Below are positions 38,906-52,350 of a DNA stretch of 64,000 nucleotides, piece by piece (the stretch's first letter is position 1; each line of letters starts with the position of its first letter). The stretch covers positions 15,203,873 through 15,267,872 of the forward strand of contig JAHRHZ010000076.1 in NCBI GenBank assembly GCA_024137785.1, in the 5' to 3' direction. The notes below the pieces were generated by a model that saw only the letters and a list, made by a program, of their open reading frames with translations, was not told where the DNA came from and searched no databases. The position numbers and the translations under genes were made by a program. This DNA comes from Ginglymostoma cirratum (taxonomy: Eukaryota).

Positions 38906-39790
38906 GCACCAGGATGCAGTATTGAAGGGAATTTTGGCTTCATGTTGCTACTCTCCGCCACAAACCTCCATATGGTGACTGTAAGCACAGTTTCCACTGG
39001 CACGGCCACACGTCGAACTACACTCCAGAAACCACAGGAAAACCATGCGCCTCAAGCCCTGGAAGAACTTTATCAGGCGGTGTGAACACACCCGATTTTG
39101 CCTTGGATTCAGGAAAGGCACATGGGAACGTAACTCTCGGGAGATTTACATGTGAACTGTTTGTAATGAATCTGTAAGGCGCTGCTTCTTAATTACGCAC
39201 TAGAGGAATCAACGAAGACAACATGCCATTGATCAACCGTCGGCCACGTTTTCCTTTTAATGCAGGACTCTACAAGCTAAGTTGGAATTTAGATATAATA
39301 TCAAATGTTTTGCGGTGCCTGTTTATTTGATTGTAAGTTACTGGAATTAATATTCAGAAAGTTGGTTCTGTTGACATTAGGCGGAAATAATGGGAATAAC
39401 GCCTTTTTCAAAATGGAGGAAATCAAGAATTTGTTCGTGATGCGTTGAATTCAAAATCCCAATTATACTTCGGGAGCTGGAGGAGCACAGCAGGCCAGGC
39501 AGCATCAGAGGAGCAGGAAAGTTAACCCGAGGAAGGGTCCCGAACTGAAATGTCAACATTCCTGCTGCTGTGACGCTGCCTGGCCTGCCGTGTTCCTCCA
39601 GCTCCACACTGTGTTTTCTCTGACACCAGCCCCGGCAGTTCTTACCATCCCCAATTATATTCCTCTCGGCTTTAAATGTTGACATTGAAGTTAATTCTGA
39701 ATTTGATTTTGCGATTTGGAATTTCAGTATAAAGAGTCCAACTGTGGCCAGGAAACTTGTGCGGCTGCCCTGAGTACCAGGCACCCTTGG

Positions 39791-40301
39791 GGTTTTTGTA
39801 ATAAGCTTCTTATTACAAAAAGCTTCTTATGGTTGAATAAGCTTCTTATGGTTGTTTCTCACTGTGGGGACCCAACAGGCACAGTAATAGATGGCATAAT
39901 CAGACTGTTCAATGTTATCAGTTATAAGGAAGAATGAAGAGACACTTTTCTCAGCTGAGAACTTGGAGGGGATTCCCGGATCCAGCGCAGCTCCGTTTTT
40001 GCTGAAATAGATTATTAGGCGCCCGGTTGGGTCGGCGCTGGTACCAGTGGATGGCTTCCGTGTTCTGTGTCACGCATTGTATTTTGACCGTTGTAGCCTA
40101 GGGCCTAGTGACCTACATTGGAAACTGATTCAAGACCTCAGCAAAATGTTCACCTGCAAACAAAAAATATCGATAAGTCATATAGCTGAGGAGATAGGCA
40201 GAAATCAGAAAGGAAGTGGATAGGGAGGAACAGTACCAGTGAATGGGAAGGCCAGCATGCAGAAGATACAGATTTGAGATTATCTGCAATAGAAGCAACA
40301 T
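39791..40301 (-). pseudogene. TRGV: V pseudogene, family B copy 2, with expanded RSS spacer
   Basis: V exon 40153-39867: EHFAEVLNQFPM*VTRP*ATTVKIQCVTQNTEAIHWYQRRPNRAP [frameshift] IIYFSKNGAALDPGIPSKFSAEKSVSSFFLITDNIEQSDYAIYYCACWV. Consensus CACAGTG (39866-39860) and ACAAAAACC (39799-39791) are 60 nt apart. Confidence 0.9.
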
Positions 40302-41675
40302 AAAGGAGAAACGTTCACACAAGTGTTTAGGATGTGAATTGCACTGGCTATCAAAGGGGAATCGAAGCACCACGACAAAAGAAATGCACGACTAATGGGA
40401 AAGGCGGGGAACTGGATCAAGCTGACCTTTTGTGGAGAGAGCCTGCACGAATAGGAAGGGCGGGATGGTCTCTTTCTTTCAGTTGATGGTTCGAACTGCT
40501 GCGTGTCGCACTCACTGGGGGAAAGCATCAACGGAACAACCAGACAATGAAACGACATGGTGTAGCAATGACGATTAAGCTGTATGCACTGTGTTAAAAT
40601 GGGTGGTTAAACAGGAAATGATTCGCATCCCGAACACAAACAGTATAAAGCAATGCCGCTAGGGTTCCTTACCCCTGATCAAGGAGGCCACCATCCAGGA
40701 AGTTTGTAACAATGCCTCTGAACCGTTAATCAGAAAATGTCTAAAATGATTTCCCCTCCTGCAAGTTACATGATCTGTTTCGTCATTTAAATCATTGCCT
40801 CATCTCTCTCTACAGAACACGTTCCTAATCGATGTATCGTCGTAATTCTCGTACTTACTTGCCATTTCCCCCATTTCGCATTTGCTAGGCACTTAATTTT
40901 TTTCCTCAACCCCCAACGATCAGGTTCAGTTTCTGGAAGTTTCAGCTACAACAAATCAGAAGTCTCGTGAGTTTAATCCCCATTCCATTATATAATCCAA
41001 AGTGACGTTCCAGGGAAGCACAGGGATAGCTGCACTGTCAGAAGTGCCCGGTTTCAGATGAAGCGTTAATGGATGGCACTATCTTCCCTGCCAGTGAGGG
41101 TAAAGGATTCTGTGTAACTACTTGAAAGACACATGTGGAGCTCTCTCCGATTAGGGGCTTTATACAATCATGAGGTGCGTAAATCGGATAAATGGTAACC
41201 ATATTTTCCCTGCGATGGGGTAATTCAAGACTAGGAGGAGAGGAAAGAGATTTTAGAAAAGATATGAGGGGCTTTTTTTTAGCACGGAGGCGGGTTCGCA
41301 TGTAGAATAAAGTGCCTGAGGAAATGCTGGATACGGGTCCAAAGCAATGTTGTAAAAAAAACACTTTGATACGTACATGAATGGGAAAGGTTTGAAGGGA
41401 TGTGGGCCAGGAACAAGCAGGTGGGACTAGTCTAGTTTGGGATAATGTTCGGCATGAATTGGTTGGATCAAAAGTTCTTCGATGCTGCATGACTCCATGA
41501 GGCTATTGGTGGGTCTTCTGGGCTTGGGCGGGGAACAGGTGCAATATTTATCCCCCAAACAACATCATTAAACAGGTTTTCTGGATATTTCTCACATTGC
41601 TGTTTTTAGAAGCTTATTGAACGCAAATTGGCTGCCAGTTTTCCTATTTCCAGCAGTGACTAAATTGTTCTTTGT

Positions 41676-41995
41676 TTTCATTCATTTACGGGACTGGACG
41701 TTACTGACCAGGCCAGTATTTATTGACGATTACTAATTGCCCAGAGGGCAATGAAGTATCAGCTGCAATGCTGTGGGCCTGGAGTCACGTGTAGGCTAGA
41801 CCCTGATTTCTTTGCCTGAACGACGTTAAGCGAACCAGATGTGTTTTTCCCGACAATCGGAAATGTCATTCATCAGACACTTAATCCCAGATATTTGTTG
41901 AATTCAAATTCCACCATTTGAACCTTGGTTCCCAAGACATTACCTGGGGTGTCTGGATTAATAGTCAATAGCTAATATCACTGACCATCGTCTCT
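41676..41995 (-). mobile_element. tRNA-headed SINE sharing both ends with the LINE at 43515-46668
   Basis: Reverse complement = head, core (GGTGGAATTTGAATTC...CATCTGGTTC...GACTCCAGGCCCACAGCA) and tail (GGGCAATTAG...CAATAAATACTGGCC). Confidence 0.7.
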
Positions 41996-43514
41996 TTTCA
42001 GAGTATTTCAAGGGTTGCAAAGTGCTTTGAGGCGTTCCTAAATTGGAAACTGTGCTAAAGATTTGCATTTTCTTTCAATGTCAACAGGATGCTGGGTCTT
42101 TAACATTTTTGTTCTACAATCCCTACAGGAAATTGGGGTCTTGGGGTTTCTGGTTGTCATCTGAAAACGGCAGTGAATATGGCTTCATCGATTGGTAGGG
42201 ACCAGCAGATTATGTCAGCAATGGCAGCTATTTTAACCTCCGAGCTTTCCCATCCAAAGAGCCAGTTATCAGGGTTTTTTGATGCTTCAATGTGCAGAAG
42301 TTGCTGCAAATGCGCTGGACGCGGTAAACTGGATTGGAGGAACTGTTGGCCTCAGCTACACATGATGGTATCGTGGAATTTTCCAGTAACGGCGAGACTG
42401 ATCAGCCTATCGTTTTAGCGGTTCTGTTTCTCTGAAAGAGTTATCTAATCAGTTGCATTATCTTGTTGCTGTATCCCTGAAACATAGAAACATAGAAGAA
42501 AGGAGCAGGAATAGGCCATTCCACTCCGCCATGTAACATGATATTGGCTGATCGTGAATCTTGATACTTTAATCCCGTCATTCCTATCCCCAACCCCACA
42601 AACCCCACACGCCTTGTTCCTTTTCTCAACAAGAGCTACATCTACTTCCTTCTTGTAAACATTCAATGTTTGTGGCCTCAAACACATTCTGCAGGAATCA
42701 ATTCCACAGGTTCAGCATTCTGGCTGGAGAAGTTTCTCTACATCTCTGTCCTAAAAGATCCGTATCTTATCTTAATCTTAAAATGTGACTACTAGTTCTG
42801 GATTCCCCCAGCATCAGGAACATGCTTCGTGCATCTGCCTAGTCCTGTTAGAATTTTATAGCTTTTTCTGCTCATAAATCAGTTCTGCCATCCCAAGAAT
42901 CAATTTAGTAAAGTTTCACTGCACTCCCTCGACAGCAAGAACATCCTCGGAAAAGGAGACCTAAACTGTACATCATATTCCAGCTGTGTCCTCACCAATG
43001 CCTTGTATAATTTCAAATCTTTACCCAGTTTGTTTTCGAAATTAACTACTGGATCTGTTTCCACCATTCTTTCAGGCAGAACATCCCAGGTCACAACTTA
43101 CTCCAAGTAAAACAGAAACATTATTTTGTGTCACTGAGATGTTGACTGATGAGAAGTTATGTGTTGATGCCCCCTTTATTGTTGCAATGGGACCACAGCT
43201 GCCTAACACATTCAAGCTTCCCTGATCCACCACCTCCTCACCCCGCCCACCTCCCCCCCACCCCCCCCCCCCCCCCTTCGCCCCCAACAAATTCGCCATT
43301 GATTTTTGGCAGGTTTACACAGCTCCACCGGCTCATGTGTATGTCCACGCCCTGAAATTCGGTGGACTGAAGGAAGAACCTTACAGTGTAACTCCACTCT
43401 CGCCCAGGGAAAAACATCACCGCAACATCGGCAGTGCGGGTCCTACCGTGCCAAAAACCACAAACGCTACAGTGAGTCAGCCCTTGGTGCACTGACTCCA
43501 GGATCAGAAATAGG

Positions 43515-46500
43515 GTGGGTGATGGCCTAGTAGTATTATTGCTAGACTATTAATCCAGAGACACATCGAAAGATTTCGGGGATATGTGTTCAAAGTCCAC
43601 CACTGCAGATAGTGGAATTTGAATGCAATAATTTTTAAAAAGTCTGGAATAAAGAATCTACTGATCACCATGAAATCATTGCCAATTGTTGGAAAAACCC
43701 ATCTGGTTCACTAATGTCCTTTAGGGAAGGAAATCTGCTACCCTCACCTGGTCTAGCCTACATGTGATTCCAGGCCCAGAGCAATGTGGTTGACTCTTAA
43801 TTGCCTTCTGAAATGGCCAAGCAAGCCAAGCAAGCCATTCAGTTGTACCAATTGCTACAAAGTCTCAAAGAAATGAAACTGTATCGATCATCTGGCATTG
43901 ACATAGACATCCGAAAAGACAACAGCAGAAACAGCCCTGTCGAACCTACAAATTCCTCCTCACTACCATCTGGGGGTGCATGCCAAAATTGGGACAGCTG
44001 TTTTACAGACTAGTTAAGCAACAGCCTGACATAGTCATACTCACAGAATCATACCTTACAGACATTGTCCCAGACACCACCACACCATCCCTGGATATGT
44101 CCCATCTCACCAGCAGGACCGACCCAGCAGTGGGGGTGGCACAATGGTATACAGTCGGGAGGGTGTTGTTTTCAGAGTCCTCAACATTGACTCTGGACTC
44201 CATGCAATCTCATGGCTTCAGGTTAAACTTGGGCAAGGAAACCTCCTGCTGATTACCACATACCGTCTTCCCTCAGCTGATGAATCAGTACTCCTCAATG
44301 TTGAACAACACTTAGAGGAAGCACTGAGGGTGGCAACGGCACAAAATGTACTCTGAGTGGGGGATTTCAATGTCCACCACCAAGTGTGTTCAACAGCAGT
44401 ACTACTGATCAAACTGATCAGGTCCTAAAGGACATAACTGCTGGACTGGGTCTGCGGCAGATGGTTAGGGAACTAACAAGAGGGGAAAAAAAAGCAATCT
44501 TGACCTCATCCTTACAAATCAGCCAGCTGCAGTTGTATCTGTCCATGATAGTATTGGTAAGAGTGGCCATCATGCAGTCTTGGTGGAGACAAAGTCCCGC
44601 CTTCACTTTGAGAATAACTTCCATTGTAGTGTGGCACTATCACTGTGCTAAATGGGACAGCCTTTGCGCAGATCTAGCAATTCAAGATTGGGCATCTATG
44701 AGGAGCTGTGGGCCATCAACGGCAGCAGAATTGTACTCTAGCAAAATCTGTAACCTCATGGCCCAGCATATCCCCCACTCAGCCATTACCATCAAGCCAG
44801 GGGATGAACTCTGATTCAATGGAGAGGACAGGAGGGCATGCCAGGAGAAGCACCAGGCATACCTGAAGATGAGGTATCAACCTGGTGAAGCCACCAAACA
44901 GGACTACTTGCAAGCTGAACAGTGAAAGCAGCAAATGATAGACAGATCTAAGAGATCCCACAACCAACGGATCAGATCTAAGCTCTGCAGTCTTGCCACA
45001 TCCAGCTGTGAATGGTGGGAGACAAGTAAACAACTCACTGGAGGAAGAGGCTCCACAAATATCCCCAACCTCAATGATCGAACAGCCCAGCACATCAGTG
45101 CAAAAGATAAGGCTGAAGCATTCGCAGCAATATTCAGCCAGAAGTGCTAAGTGGATGATCCATCTTGGCCTCCTCCAGTGGTCCCCAGCATTACAGATAT
45201 CAACTTTCAGCCAATTCGATTCACTCCATGTGATATCAAGAAATGGTTACAGGCACTAGATACTGTAAAAGCTATGAGTCCCTCCAACTTTCTGGCAACA
45301 GTACTGAAGACTTGTGCTCCAGAACTTGCCGTTGTCCTAGCCAAGCTGTTCCAGTCCAGTTACAACACTGGATCTACCCGACAATGTGGAAAATTGCCCA
45401 AGTATGTCTTGTACACAAAAGGCAGGACAAATCCAACCTGGCCAATTACCGTCCCATCAGTTTACTCTCAATCATCAATAAAGTGATGGAAGGTGTCATC
45501 AACAGTGCTATCAAGCAGCGCCTGCTCAGTGACGCTCAGTTTGAGCTCAGCCAGGGCCACTCAGCTCCTGGCCTCATCACAGCCTCGGTTCAAACATGGA
45601 CAAAAGAGCTGAATTACAGAAGTGGGTGAGAGTAACAGACCTTGACATCAAGGCTGCAATCGACTGAGTGTGACATCAAGGAACCTTAGAAAAACTGGAA
45701 TCAATGGGTATCGGGGGCAAATTCTCCAGTGGTTGGAGTCATACCGGGAACATAAGAAAACAGTCGTGGTTGTTGGAGGTCAATCATCTCAGCTCCAGGG
45801 CATCTCTGCAGGAGTTATTCAGGGTAGTGTCCTAGGACCAACCATCTTCAGCTGCTTCATCAATGACATTCCCTCCATCATCAAGTCAGAGTGGGGATGC
45901 TTGCCAATGATTGCACAATGTTCAGCATTATTCATGATTATTCAGATACTGAAGCAGTCCGTGTTCAAATGAAACAAGATCTGGAAAATATCCAGGCTTG
46001 GGCTGACAAGTGATAAGTGATATTCACGCTACAAAATGCTAGTGTATGACCATCACAAATAAGAGACAATCTAACCACAGTCCCTTGACATTCAATGGTG
46101 TTACCGTCACTGGATCCCCACTATCGACATCCTGAGTGTTATCATTGACCAGAGACTTAACTAGAATTACCACATTAACAGAGTGGCTACAAGAGCAGGC
46201 CAGAAGCCTTGACACCATCCAGGACAAAGCAGGCCACTTGATTGGAACTACATCCACAAGCATTCACTCCCTGCACCACCGACGCTCAGTAGCAGCAGTG
46301 TGTACTATCTACAAGATGCACTGCAGAAATTCACCAAAGATCTTCATACAGCACCTTCCAAACGCACGACCACTTCCATCTATAAGGATAGGGCCAGCAG
46401 ACATATGAGAACACCACCATCTCCAAGTTCTCCTCCAAGCCAATCACTGTCCCGACTTTGAAGTATGTAGTCATTCCTTCACTGTCGCTGGGTCAAAATC

Positions 46501-46668
46501 CTGGAATTCCCTCCCTAATAACATTGTGAGTCAACTCACAGCAGGAGGATTGCAGCAGGTCAAGGCAGCTCACCACCACATTCTCAAGGGCAACTAGGGA
46601 TGGGCAGGAAATGCTGGCCAGCCAGCGACACCCACATCCCACAAATGATTAGAAAAGAAAACAAAAAT
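43515..46668 (+). mobile_element. CR1/L2-group LINE with tRNA-like 5' head, APE and RT, internally degraded
   Basis: LVKQQPDIVILTESYL, GDFNVHH, QDKSNLANYRPISLLS, QGSVLGPTIFSCFIND; A-rich tail at ~46650-46668; absent from the unit 1 paralog (~23600-23620). Confidence 0.85.
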
Positions 46669-46834
46669 ACGTTGATCAAAACAGCCCAGACCTGGCTCAC
46701 GTCACATCGCTCTCCATTTCACGAATTCAGGAGGAGAAAGATCAGACAAGATCCAGCTGTGGTGTCGTTGCTACTTTACCCAATTAGGAACTAGTCTGTG
46801 AATTCCTCTGACAGTTTCGCTTCAAATCGTTCAG

Positions 46835-46873
46835 TGTTTTTGTACGAACTTTGTATTGATGTCTCGCAGCGTG
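46835..46873 (-). promoter_or_regulatory. 23-RSS
   Basis: CACGCTG - 23 nt - ACAAAAACA, identical to 23786-23824. Confidence 0.9.
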
Positions 46874-47315
46874 TATCTATCCAGCGCGCACAGTAATAGG
46901 TGGCAGTGTCCTCTGTCTTTATTTTGTCGATTGCGAGGTAGAATTCGTTGTCTTTAGATTTCCCAGCTTTGAACCGTTCACCAAATCCCGGATCCCGCGA
47001 TGTGCCTGCTCCATAATAGAGGATTCGGGTGGGTGCCTGGCCGGGCTTTTGCTGGTACCAGTGAAGGGGATTGCTGTTACTAATAGTTACACCTTCGACT
47101 TCGCATTTGAATCGAGCGGTTTTACCCTCATTTTTGGTAATGGATGGGACAATCTGTTTCAGTGTTTGTGCAAAATATCCGCCTGAGGAAAGAATATACA
47201 GAGTTACAAAGAAACGATATGATGGATGTGAATGAACAGCAAGATCTGAATAATAGCGTCAGAAACACATACAGGGCAAAGCGGTTACCACAATGAGCCA
47301 GTAATACAGCGACAT
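46874..47315 (-). CDS. TRGV: TCR gamma V segment, family C copy 2, intact (not in the ORF track)
   Basis: Leader 47315-47273, V exon 47182-46874. As copy 1 except CDR1 region VEGVTISNSNPLHW, GTSRD and KDNEFYLAI; ends YYCARWID. Confidence 0.93.
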
Positions 47316-47453
47316 GCTCACTCAATCTTCAACTGTTCAGTCAAGCAGCTGGACAGAAACTAAAAGGAAACGATTGACTTCCTTCAAACCAATCAGTGAG
47401 ATATTGGTCAGGGTTTCAAGCCCGCCCCCGCCCTCCAAGTTGGTTATTTGCAA

Positions 47454-48519
47454 TATAAACAGAAAATGTTGGATTTACTGAAGCAGCAACTGTGGAGAGA
47501 AAAACAGAGTAAACGTTTCAAAACCCTAAGCTTGAATAAGTTGAGATGTTGACAGTGTCAACCCCGCAAATAGGAGGGAAACAGGGAATGGGGAGGTTTC
47601 AATAAAAGGGGTATCTGTGACCGGTGGAGGACAGGAGAGTTAACTATCGCAGGGGATGGAGGTGCAAAGGGAACGGTGATGGTGATGGGAAGTGAACAGA
47701 AACAAAATCACATACCATCCCACCAACTTTCCAATACAACGCATCCTCCACTGACATTTGCGCCATCGACAATCGGAACCCACCACCAAAAAGTTCTCTC
47801 CCCACCCCTGTCTGCTTTCCGCAAGAACCTTTCACACCCCGACTCCTTTGTTAGCTCCACACTCTCCACCGAACCCTGGACCACACCCAATACCTTTCCT
47901 GGCAACCACAGGAGGTGCTACACCTGCCCCAAACCTCCCCTCTCACCTCTGTTGGAGGTCCCAAATAATCCTTGCAGATTCAGCAGAGATTCATCTGCAC
48001 TTCATCTAACCTCATCGACTGTATCCTTTGCTCCCGGTGTGGTCTCCACTATATCGGAGAGACCAAATGCAGACTCCCGACCGGTTTCGCTCTGCAGGTA
48101 CTATCCGGCCTGACCTTCCAGTTGCCATCCACTTTAACACTCGCGCCCATTCCCCCGGTGACATGTCCATCCTTGGCCTCCTCCACTGTCAGAGTGAGGC
48201 CAAATGCAAACTGGTGGAAGAACACCTGGTATTTTGCCTTAGGAGCCTACAGCCCAAAGGCCTGAATATAGACTTCACCAGCTTTAAAATCTCTCCTCGC
48301 CCAACCTGTCCAATTTCCTACCCTCCTATCCGCTCCACCGTTCCCACTGACCAACCACAATAACTCTCACCTGCATCACCAGTTTCAAATCTCTCCACCC
48401 CCAACCCATCCATCTTCCTACTCAACTGCTGCTCGGATGCTGTCTGATCTGCTGTGCTTTTCCACATCCACAGTTATTTACTCTAGCTCCCAGCATGTGC
48501 AGTCCCTTTTGTCTCCCAG
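47454..48519 (+). mobile_element. Penelope-like GIY-YIG fragment (duplicate)
   Basis: Same ORF translations as 24405-25470 at offset 23049. Confidence 0.8.
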
Positions 48520-49670
48520 AAACAAAATTTGCATCCAGAGAAGTTGGAAACGGCAACAGCAGAATCATGAACAAAAACAAAGTTGCTGGTAAAGTTCAGC
48601 AGGTCTGGCAGCATTTGTGAAGGAAAAAACAGAGTTAACATTTCGGGTCCGGTAACCCTTCCTGCTCTTTCCGGACTCTTCCCACTGGAGAAATTTATTG
48701 ATTCTTATCTACCCTCTCCTCTCCCTTTCTCATTTCAAGTAGCTCAATTAGATTAGTTCATCTAAATTGAAGACAACGCAAGCCAAGATTATTAAATCTG
48801 TCTTCATAACAACAAATTAATTTGTGAATGAATGGGACTTTGCCAGAATGTGTGTCTTTTTTTTATGCTGTTGTGGTAGATTATTGCCCGAAGTAATGTC
48901 AGGAGCTGTCCAATACAAGTCAACGGTCTTTTATTGAGCCAATATTGGGTAAGACTACTCCAGGAAGAAATTCCGAGTTAATACTCCAACTCATTGAGGA
49001 TGTTTATACATTGCTTGTCACGTGGACAGTACTATACTCCAAATCAGAAATAGCCTGTTTTCGACAGCAACATTGTTTGTTGCACATTCGAAAAGTGGCA
49101 TGGCCAACTATGGTCCTAACTGCCGATCTTCCCAGGTGCCATCCCATTTCCTCTGTGAAGACCGTGCTTCATTCATGTCATTGATTGATCCCGACTGCTT
49201 CGTCTTTCCTGGTGTGGTACCGAGTCATTGTCACATTCCATTTCCAACTCAGGCTTCAGGATTAATGCTGGTTCGGCCACTTTGCATTTTCACAGAAACC
49301 GTGCTGCATTTGAGCGCGTTTGTACAGTTTAATTCACTGTTCTTTTAGCCTGACTAAGAATATATGAAAATGGACCTTAAATCATTTGTGAATTTCTCTA
49401 GAATCTTCTTTCTCTCTCTCACCCAAGCCGGAACTCAATTTGGATTTATAGGCTAATTCACGTCATACCCAAAAAGGCCCGTCAGAATTCAAAACAAAGG
49501 GCACGCCTCAAATACACATCCGCCAACATATACTTCGCCTCATGTTAAACTTTGTTTTCAATGCATCCGCCGAGACTAGGTGGGACGATTTCCTACGTTT
49601 AACAGCGCTTTATAAATGTAAGTTGGTGTTGTCGGTATGGTAGCTGAGGGTAGAGAGAGCTGAAGCGCCG

Positions 49671-49709
49671 CGTTTTTGTAAAGGCTTTCTGTCTCTGTTG
49701 AACACTGTG
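49671..49709 (-). promoter_or_regulatory. 23-RSS
   Basis: CACAGTG - 23 nt - ACAAAAACG. Confidence 0.93.
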
Positions 49710-50130
49710 CTGTCCCAGTAGGCGCAGTAATATGTGGCAGCGTCTTCCTTCACGATGTTATTGATTATCAAAGTGGCAACAGTGTTCCTCTTATCTGCTT
49801 TAAACCTGCTGCTGAATCCCGGATCCCGTACGACGCTGCTGTCATAATAAAGTATTCTGGAGGGCGCCCGACCCTCCCGGTGCTGGTACCAATGGACAAT
49901 GGTGCTCTCGCTGTTTACGGTGCATTTAAACCTGGCACTTTTACCGGGCTTGGTTACATACGATATTGGTGACTGTGTTATAGACTCAGCCAAACGCCCA
50001 TCTGGGAAAATAAAATTAACAAAGTTATGTTAAAAACGATAATGAATGATGGACTGACAACTAAGTAAACTTAAGTAAAGACAGTTAGATACGTACAGGA
50101 TAAAAGTAGCGCCACAATCACCCGGAACAT
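49710..50130 (-). CDS. TRGV: TCR gamma V segment, family D copy 2, intact, coding sequence identical to copy 1
   Basis: Leader 50130-50097, V exon 50001-49710; ORF-track protein identical to 26561..26944 at a constant offset of 23049. Confidence 0.9.
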
Positions 50131-50679
50131 GGTGCGGTGACCGGCTTGCTCGGTACTGGGTTACTGCTGCTCAGGGTCATGTCTATAAAGGAGGCGAGCT
50201 CTCTTCCACCTCCCCCACACCCACCCCCACGCAACCCCCAACGACGGGAATTTCTGCTCTCGGCATAAATTGAACCCGCCCACTTTGATGCGTCTTTATA
50301 GAATGTGAGACTGCTTACTCTACGTGTCTGTAAGTGTTTCTTATTTGTTTTCTTTTGCTTTCACAGACACGGGAAGTGTTAATTCAAAATTCTGTTTCGG
50401 ATTGTAAATTTTAGAGAAGTTGCTCCGAGTTAATCTGCTCGCTAGCACCAGACTGGGAGGTGTGTGCAGGCAGACTCAGTGAGTGGTGTGGTCGGGGCGA
50501 CGAGTGAAGCAGACACAACTGTAACAAAAAGATCAAACTTAACAGTGAATTCGCTCCATTATCTCGAAGGGTAGATTCCCGAAATATTGACAGTGAAATA
50601 TATGTACTGAACTCCTAATCATCTTAACTAAAGTTATTGTTTATGATCCTGCTGTTCCCAGTAGGAAATCTATGGCAAG

Positions 50680-52350
50680 CCTCCCAACAAAATCTACATT
50701 CGGGGTCCAAGTGATTATTCACTGATAGGCGTAGTTCATCGGCCACCAAATAATGACATGTCAGTGGGGCGGGCAATACACAAAGGAATAACTGATGCAT
50801 GTAAAAATAGTGCGGCAATTATAATAGGGGATTTTAATCTGGATATTGTTTAGTCAAACCAAATCGTTCAAGGCAGCCTTGAGGAGGAGTTCCTGGAATG
50901 TATCTGCCATAGTTTCCTCGAACAATATGTAACAGGACCTACGAGGGAGAAAGATATCTTGATCTGGTACTGTATATTGACACATGAATAATTAAGGAAT
51001 TCATAGTAAGGGATCGTCTGGGAAGGAGCAATCACAGTTTGTGTGATTTTAAAATACAGATGGAAAGTGAGTAGGTAAAATCCAAGAGCAATGTCTTATG
51101 CTTAAACAAATTCCTGTTCGATCGGGTAGGAGTTGACTAAGGTAGAATGGAGCAAAGACTATATGGTGGGACTATTGTGGAACAGTGGAGAACTTTCAAA
51201 GCAATTTTTGACAGTGCTTAGCAAAAATATATACCAGTGAAGAGAAAGGACTGTAGGAAAGCAAATAATTAGCCGTGGATAACTAAGGAAATAGGGGATG
51301 TCAAACTGAAATCTAATGCATACAAAGTGGCAAAGATTAATGGGAAACTAGAGGATTGGGAAATGTTTAAAGGTCAACAGAAGGCCACAAGAGAAGCTAT
51401 GAAGCAAGGTAAGATAGATTATGAGAGTAAACCAGCTCAGAATATAAACACAGATAGAAAATATATAAGCAAAAGAGTGTCTAAGATAAGCATTGGTCAC
51501 TTAGAGGGTGAGAAGTGGATTTCATAATAGGAAATGAGGAAATGGCCAAGGCGTTGAGCAGTTATTTTGTGTGGATCTTCACAATGGAAGTCACAACAAA
51601 CATGCCAATATTTGATTTCAAGGTGGCTATGGTAGATGAGAACTTGGAAAAGACCATTATCACTAACAAGCTAGTGTTGGGCAAGCTGATGCTGCGAAAG
51701 GTAGACATGTCTCCTTGCCAATGCGCTCGTGGTAATTTACCAAAATTTGCTGGACTCTGGGGCAATTCCAGCAGATTGGAAAACAGCAAATGTGATGCCA
51801 CTGTTATAAAAAGGAAGTAAACAAAAGATGGGTAACTATAGGTCTATTAAATTAACTTCTGTAGTAGGGAAAATGCTTGAATCTATAATCAAGGAAGAAA
51901 TTGCAAGACATCCCGATAGAAATTGTCCCATAGGGCAGAGCATGGGTTTATGAAAGGCAGGTCATTTAAAAATAAATTACTGGAATTCTACAAGGGCATT
52001 ACGAATGTGATGGGCAACTGGGAACCAGTGGATGTATTGTTTCTGGATTTCCAGAAGGCATTCAACAAGGTGCCACACAACAGGCTGCTGTATAAGATAA
52101 AGGTACACAGCATTACAGGTAACGTATTAGCGTACATAGAAGATTGGATAACTAACAGAAAGCAAAGAGAGGAGATAAATGGATGTTGTTCTGGTTGGTA
52201 ATCATTGGCTGGTGGTGTGCCTCAGCGTGTGCCTCAGCTGGTAGAGCTGAGTCCATGAAAATATCAGCCATGACCTTATTGAATGGAAGAGCAGACTCAA
52301 TGGGCCATATGGCCTATTCCTGCTCCTATTTCTTATCTTCTTATGTTATG
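50680..52350 (+). mobile_element. CR1 ORF2 fragment
   Basis: HGFMKGRS..LLEFY and FLDFQKAFNKVPH motifs. Confidence 0.85.

Larger units (their letters stand above)
34990..52220. repeat. Tandem segmental duplication, unit 2 (A'-B'-C'-D')
   Basis: Paralog of 15340-29220, enlarged by private insertions such as the LINE at 43515-46668. Confidence 0.88.

Noticed and set aside
43241-43285. Poly-C tract as a functional G-quadruplex
   Set aside because: Not conserved in the paralog at ~23280-23305; probably a local expansion, and homopolymer length is unreliable.
43515-43610. tRNA gene
   Set aside because: Only degenerate A/B boxes at a retroelement head; no cloverleaf.
15340-52220. Whole duplication as a haplotig artefact
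   Set aside because: Outside one tract the units differ by many substitutions, private insertions and different pseudogene lesions, a third unit exists, and the gap lies within a continuous CR1.
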